A DNA stretch of 64,000 nt, taken from contig JAVBNV010000005.1 in NCBI GenBank assembly GCA_031551325.1, forward strand, positions 9,190 to 73,189. The letters are read 5' to 3'. Positions 59,595 to 64,000 of this stretch are shown one piece after another (within the stretch, counting starts at the first letter, position 1; the number at the start of each line of letters is the position of its first letter). Both the position numbers and the translations under genes were made by a program. The stretch comes from Alistipes sp. GTDB lineage: Bacteria; Bacteroidota; Bacteroidia; Bacteroidales; Rikenellaceae. The notes below the pieces were generated by a model. That model worked only from the letters and a program-made list of their open reading frames with translations, was not told the DNA's origin and did not search any database.

Positions 59595-62330
59595 ATGAAA
59601 AAACTGATCTTAGGCCTGGCAACAGCCCTGTTGCTGGCGGCCTGCTCCTCGGGCGTGAAGGTGGAGAACCTGCGCGTCGAGATGCAGGAAAACCCGATCG
59701 CCCTCGGCGTCAAGACGCCCCGTTTCTCCTGGCAGATTAAAGCCACGGGAAGCGACGTCTTCCAGACGGCCTACCGGATCGAAGTGGCCGCCACGGAAAA
59801 GGCCCTCAAAGCGGGCGACCTGCTCTGGACCTCCGGCGAAGTGCTCTCCGGCGAATCGATCCTGATCCCCTACGAAGGCCCCGCCCTCCAGTCGCGCCAG
59901 AGCTGCTACTGGCGGGTGAAAGCCACCACCAACCAGGGCGAAACCGCCTGGAGTCCCGCCAACCGCTGGACGATGGCCCTGCTCGACGAGTCGGACTGGT
60001 CGGCCCAGTGGATCGGCCTCGACGCCATGGTCAACCCCGGTGAAACCCAGGGCGATGCCACCGCCAAAGGCTGGATGGGCACCCGCCTGGCCGCCCGCTA
60101 CATGCGTACGGACTTCCAGGCCCCCGCCACGGTCAGCCGCGCCACCCTTTACATCGCCGGCCTGGGCTCTTCGGAAGCCTACCTCAACGGCAAGCTCGTC
60201 GCCGAAGACATCTTCGCCCCCGTGCCGAGCGTCTACACCGACCGGGTGTACTACGAAACCTACGACGTGACCTCCCTGGTGCAGTCCGGCGAAAACACCC
60301 TGGGCGTGATCCTGGGCAACGGCCGCTACTTCGCCATGCGCAACCCGGGCATGAGCTTCTTCGGCCTGCCCCGCCTGCGCGCTCAGCTGGAGATCACCCT
60401 CTCCGACGGCACCATCCAGACCGTGGTCACCGACCCGGCCACCTGGACGGTCACTTCCAACGGCCCCATCGTGGCCAACAATGAATTCGACGGCGAAGAG
60501 TACGACGAGCGCCTCGAAATGCCGGGTTGGAACCAGCCCGGATTCGCCGGCGAAGGTTGGCAGAAAGCCGACGCCATGAGCGCCCCCGGCGGCGTGATGG
60601 AGGCCCAGCCCAACCCGCCCCTGCGGATCATGGAACGGATCAGCCCGGTCTCGGTCACCGCCTTGCCCGACGGCCGCTACATCCTGGACATGGGCCAGAA
60701 CATGGTGGGCTGGCTGAAGGTGAAACTCCCCGGCAAAACGGGCTCGCCCGTCACGCTGCGTTTCTCCGAACTGCTGCAGGCCGACGGCACCCTCTACATG
60801 GACAACCTGCGCAACGCCAAGGTGACCGACATCTACACCCCGGCCCAGGACGGCACCTTCGAATGGGAGCCCCGCTTCGTCTACCACGGCTTCCGTTTCG
60901 TCGAAATCTCCGGCCTGGACGCCAAGCCCGCGCTTGAAAGCTTCACGGGCTGCGTGATCTACGACCAGATGGAGACCACCGGCAGCTTCGAGACCTCGAA
61001 CTCCGTGATCAACCAAGTCTATAAAAACGCCTACTGGGGCATCCGCGGCAACTACCGCGGCTTCCCCACCGACTGCCCCCAGCGCGACGAACGCCAGGGC
61101 TGGCTGGGCGACCGCACCACGGGCGCCTACGGCGAAGCCTTCGTCTTCGGCAACGGCCTCTTCTACGGCAAGTGGTTGCAGGACATCGAGGATTCGCAGA
61201 GCCCCCAGGGCAGCATCTCCGACGTGTCGCCCTACTACTGGACGATCTGGAGCGACGACGTGACCTGGCCCGCGGCCTACTTCCAGGTGGCCGACATGCT
61301 CTACCGCCAGTACGGCGACGTGAGCGGCATCACCCGCCACTACGCCTCCATGAAGAAGTGGATCGACCACCTGACGGCCACCCAGATGAAGGACTACATC
61401 CTCCAGAAAGACTCCTACGGCGACTGGTGCATGCCTCCCGAAAGCCTCGAGCTGATCCACGCCAAGGACCCCGCCCGCAAAACCTCGGGCCAGTTGCTCA
61501 GCACGGCGATGTTCTACCACCTGCTGCAGGTGATGGGCGAGTTCGCCACCCTCAGCGGTCACGATGCCGATATCCCGGGCTACCTCGAGTTGGCGGCCAA
61601 GATCAAGGAGTCCTACAACACCACCTTCTTCGATCCCTCGACGGCCCGCTACGACAACAACACCGTGACGGCCAACATCCTCTCGCTGATGCTGGGCCTG
61701 GTGCCCGCGGGCTACGAGGAGCAGGTGATGGAGAACATCATCGAAAAGACCGAGGGTGAATTCAACGGCCACGTCAGCGTAGGCGTCCTGGGCATTCAGC
61801 AGTTGATGCGCGGCCTGACCGCCTACGGCCACGAAGACCTGGCCTACAAGATCGCCACCAACGAGACTTACCCCAGCTGGGGCTACATGGCCGCCAACGG
61901 GGCTACCACCATCTGGGAGCTCTGGAACGGCAACACGGCCGCCCCGGCGATGAACTCCTGCAACCACGTGATGCTGCTGGGCGACCTGCTTATCTGGTAC
62001 TACGAGAACCTGGCCGCCATCCAAAACGATCCCTCGTCCATCGCCTTCAAGAAGGTCCGCATGGAGCCCACCTTCCCCGACGGACTGGAGTGGGTCAACG
62101 CCTCTTATGATTCGCCCTACGGGATGATCAAGAGCGCCTGGTCGCTCAAGGACGGCGCCTTCGACTGGCGGATCGAGATTCCGGCCAACAGCTCGGCCGA
62201 ACTGCGTCTGCCCGCCTCCATGGGGACGGACATGTTCAAAGGTTCCGGTGTGCGTAGCGTCACCGAGACCGGAGACCAGGTCATCGTCGAGATCGGCTCG
62301 GGCTCTTATCGCTTTACTTCGGTAAAATAG
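59595..62330 (+). CDS. GH78 alpha-L-rhamnosidase lipoprotein, canonical motifs
   Basis: Lipobox LAAC; 'DMGQN..GW', 'FVYHGFRF', 'PTDCPQRDERQGWLGD', 'YGDW', 'ATTIWELW', 'SCNH'. Start 59595 preferred over 59562. Confidence 0.9.
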   Translation: MKKLILGLATALLLAACSSGVKVENLRVEMQENPIALGVKTPRFSWQIKATGSDVFQTAYRIEVAATEKALKAGDLLWTSGEVLSGESILIPYEGPALQSRQSCYWRVKATTNQGETAWSPANRWTMALLDESDWSAQWIGLDAMVNPGETQGDATAKGWMGTRLAARYMRTDFQAPATVSRATLYIAGLGSSEAYLNGKLVAEDIFAPVPSVYTDRVYYETYDVTSLVQSGENTLGVILGNGRYFAMRNPGMSFFGLPRLRAQLEITLSDGTIQTVVTDPATWTVTSNGPIVANNEFDGEEYDERLEMPGWNQPGFAGEGWQKADAMSAPGGVMEAQPNPPLRIMERISPVSVTALPDGRYILDMGQNMVGWLKVKLPGKTGSPVTLRFSELLQADGTLYMDNLRNAKVTDIYTPAQDGTFEWEPRFVYHGFRFVEISGLDAKPALESFTGCVIYDQMETTGSFETSNSVINQVYKNAYWGIRGNYRGFPTDCPQRDERQGWLGDRTTGAYGEAFVFGNGLFYGKWLQDIEDSQSPQGSISDVSPYYWTIWSDDVTWPAAYFQVADMLYRQYGDVSGITRHYASMKKWIDHLTATQMKDYILQKDSYGDWCMPPESLELIHAKDPARKTSGQLLSTAMFYHLLQVMGEFATLSGHDADIPGYLELAAKIKESYNTTFFDPSTARYDNNTVTANILSLMLGLVPAGYEEQVMENIIEKTEGEFNGHVSVGVLGIQQLMRGLTAYGHEDLAYKIATNETYPSWGYMAANGATTIWELWNGNTAAPAMNSCNHVMLLGDLLIWYYENLAAIQNDPSSIAFKKVRMEPTFPDGLEWVNASYDSPYGMIKSAWSLKDGAFDWRIEIPANSSAELRLPASMGTDMFKGSGVRSVTETGDQVIVEIGSGSYRFTSVK

Positions 62331-62353
62331 CCTTACATAGACCTTTATATCGG

Positions 62354-62390
62354 ACCATGCCGGAGGTTTTCCTCCGGCATGGTTTTATTT
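62354..62390 (+). terminator. Intrinsic terminator
   Basis: accatgccggagg-tttt-cctccggcatggt followed by tttattt. Confidence 0.82.
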
Positions 62391-62423
62391 AGGGGGAAAA
62401 GGAGAAAAGAAACTTTTTTATGT

Positions 62424-62431
62424 TATATTTG
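62424..62431 (+). promoter_or_regulatory. -7 promoter (TATATTTG) for tatAC
   Basis: Exact TAnnTTTG. Confidence 0.6.
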
Positions 62432-62440
62432 CAGAATATA

Positions 62441-62501
62441 GGATGCGCCTCGGACAAGCTCAAACAAGTTTGGCTTGCCTCCCGGCTTTCACTATATTGC
62501 A
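62441..62501. repeat. Small hairpin repeat element of the type common in Bacteroidales intergenic regions
   Basis: gatgcgcctcgga-caagctcaaac-aa-gtttggcttg-cctcccggctttcactatattgca; ends in a near copy of the upstream tatatttgca. Resemblance to a repeat family is from recall. Confidence 0.4.
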
Positions 62502-62545
62502 ATCATGAACACTCCGTTCGAACGGAAATTAAATCGAATATAATT

Positions 62546-62776
62546 ATGTCTACACTTGCATTTCTCCTGCCTATGGGCGTGATCGGCCCGACCCAGATCG
62601 TGCTGATCGTGGTGCTGATCGTGGTATTGTTCGGTGGGAAGAAGATTCCCGAACTGATGCGTGGCATGGGCCGCGGGGTCAAAGAATTCAAAGACGCCGT
62701 CAACAAGGACTACACCGCCGACGTCACCGACGAAACGGTCAAGAAAGAACCGAAAGACGAGTCAACCCAAGCTTAG
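62546..62776 (+). CDS. tatA: Twin-arginine translocase subunit TatA
   Basis: 'IGPTQIVLIVVLIVVLFGGKKIPELMRGMGRGVKEFK'. Confidence 0.93.
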   Translation: MSTLAFLLPMGVIGPTQIVLIVVLIVVLFGGKKIPELMRGMGRGVKEFKDAVNKDYTADVTDETVKKEPKDESTQA

Positions 62777-62803
62777 AGCCAGAACAAATTCTTGAAGTAA
62801 CAC

Positions 62804-63679
62804 ATGGCTACTGATACAGAAAAGTCATCCGATCTCGAGATGACTTTTTTTGAGCATGTCGAAGCCCTGCGCCCCCACTTGGTGCGGGGCGTACTGGCGT
62901 TGATCGTGGTCATGATCGCGGCCTTCATCGGTCACCGCTTCCTGATCGACAGCGTGCTGATGGCTCCGGCTTCGCCCGAGTTCGTCATCAACCGCTGGCT
63001 GTGCCAGTTCTCCCACTGGGTAATGAACAACGACTCGCTGTGCATCAACCAGGTGCGCTTCAACATCGTCAACACTTCCCTGGCCGGGCAGTTCAACCTG
63101 AGCATGACGGTTTCCCTGGCCACGGCCATCGTGGTGGCCGTGCCCTACCTGCTCTGGGAGATCTGGCGCTTCGTGGCCCCGGCCCTGACCGGCTTCGAAC
63201 GCCGCAAGAGCCGGATGTTCGTGTTGTACGTCTCGCTCTGTTTCTTCGCGGGGCTGCTGTTCGGCTACTTCCTGATCGTGCCCCTGTCGATCAACTTCCT
63301 GGCGGGCTTCACGGCCAGCAACGACATCACCAACATGATCGATGTGCGCTCCTACCTCTCGACGGTGCTGAGCGTCTCGATCGCCTGCGCCGCGGTCTTC
63401 CAACTGCCCCTGCTGGTCTATTTCGTCGCCCGCATGGGCCTGATCACCTCGGCCTTCATGAAGAAGTACCGCCGCCACGCCATCGTGCTGCTGACCATCC
63501 TTTCGGCCATCATCACCCCGCCGGATTTGTTCAGCCTGATCCTGGTGGTGCTTCCCCTCTACGGCCTCTACGAATACAGCATCGTGGTCGCCGCCCGCGT
63601 CGAACGCAAGAAGGCGCAGGAAGAGGCGGCTGCGGAAGCGGCTTATGCCGCCCTGCCGTCGGTGAAGAAAGAAGAATAG
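62804..63679 (+). CDS. tatC: Twin-arginine translocase subunit TatC
   Basis: 'EMTFFEHVEALR', 'WEIWRFVAPAL', 'FQLP', 'RRHA...LSAIITPPD'. Confidence 0.95.
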   Translation: MATDTEKSSDLEMTFFEHVEALRPHLVRGVLALIVVMIAAFIGHRFLIDSVLMAPASPEFVINRWLCQFSHWVMNNDSLCINQVRFNIVNTSLAGQFNLSMTVSLATAIVVAVPYLLWEIWRFVAPALTGFERRKSRMFVLYVSLCFFAGLLFGYFLIVPLSINFLAGFTASNDITNMIDVRSYLSTVLSVSIACAAVFQLPLLVYFVARMGLITSAFMKKYRRHAIVLLTILSAIITPPDLFSLILVVLPLYGLYEYSIVVAARVERKKAQEEAAAEAAYAALPSVKKEE

Positions 63680-63694
63680 CCCCGATGCCCCATA

Positions 63695-63729
63695 ACCAAA
63701 AACAGCCGCGATCCGCGGCTGTTTTTGGT
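63695..63729. terminator. Bidirectional intrinsic terminator
   Basis: accaaaaacagccgcg-atc-cgcggctgtttttggt 16-bp stem. Confidence 0.85.
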
Positions 63730-63743
63730 TTGAAATAGGACCT

Positions 63744-64000
63744 CTATCGGTTGTCTTCGATCTTGCAGTACCTCTCCGATTTGCTCTTATAAATGTCCTT
63801 GATGGTGATAAGGATACCCGTTTCCTCGACCTCCCCGAAGTCGGGGTTGCAGACTGTCCCGAAGACTCGCATCGAGGGAGAAATGCTCATGTAGGAGTGG
63901 ATCAGCGGCGGGATATTCTCCTGGAACTTGCGGATCTCGCGCACCAGGATTTTGTAATCCTCGGCATAGGAGCCCCCGCAGAAGATTTCCGCCATGGCGT
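63744..64000 (-). CDS. 3' part of GNAT-type N-acyltransferase ('hemolysin'-annotated, GlsB/ChoA glycine-lipid type), truncated by window edge
   Basis: 'EDYKIL..EIRK..ENIPPL...YMS.SPSMRVFGT..N.DFGEVEETGILI' matches my recollection of this Bacteroidota family. Confidence 0.6.
   Translation of the reverse strand, partial: AMAEIFCGGSYAEDYKILVREIRKFQENIPPLIHSYMSISPSMRVFGTVCNPDFGEVEETGILITIKDIYKSKSERYCKIEDNR

Overview
64-kb, GC-rich chromosomal segment of a Bacteroidota (Bacteroidales, probably Rikenellaceae-like; inferred from gene order and TAnnTTTG -7 promoters). It is mostly housekeeping: mreC'-mreD-mrdA-rodA, cca-pdxJ, nadK-uppS-bamA-skp-skp, phoH-purC-pepD, cls, greA and tatAC. Orphan secreted glycosidases are interspersed: two GH78, a GH106-like, a GH151/GHL6-like and a GH2, with no susC/susD. 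I saw no integrase, transposase, tRNA/rRNA or CRISPR array. The most notable locus is a tightly coupled rsmE + six-gene Ehr (energy-converting hydrogenase-related, Hyf-like) operon. Its large subunit lacks both Ni-binding CxxC motifs, and its NuoB-like small subunit has lost all four canonical Fe-S cysteines, leaving probably one [4Fe-4S] cluster in the whole complex. It runs into a chrA pair and, with no clear terminator, a DUF1080 + Tat-exported Gfo/Idh/MocA pair (3-keto-glycoside type). Other points: a GH78 with a remodelled sugar-binding site; an in-frame TAG near the 3' end of nfo; a greA leader terminator; an inverted-repeat-flanked promoter-bearing segment between cls and greA; REP-like hairpins; and an AT-richer DUF4842-like lipoprotein gene. 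All family calls come from motif recognition by eye, not database searches.
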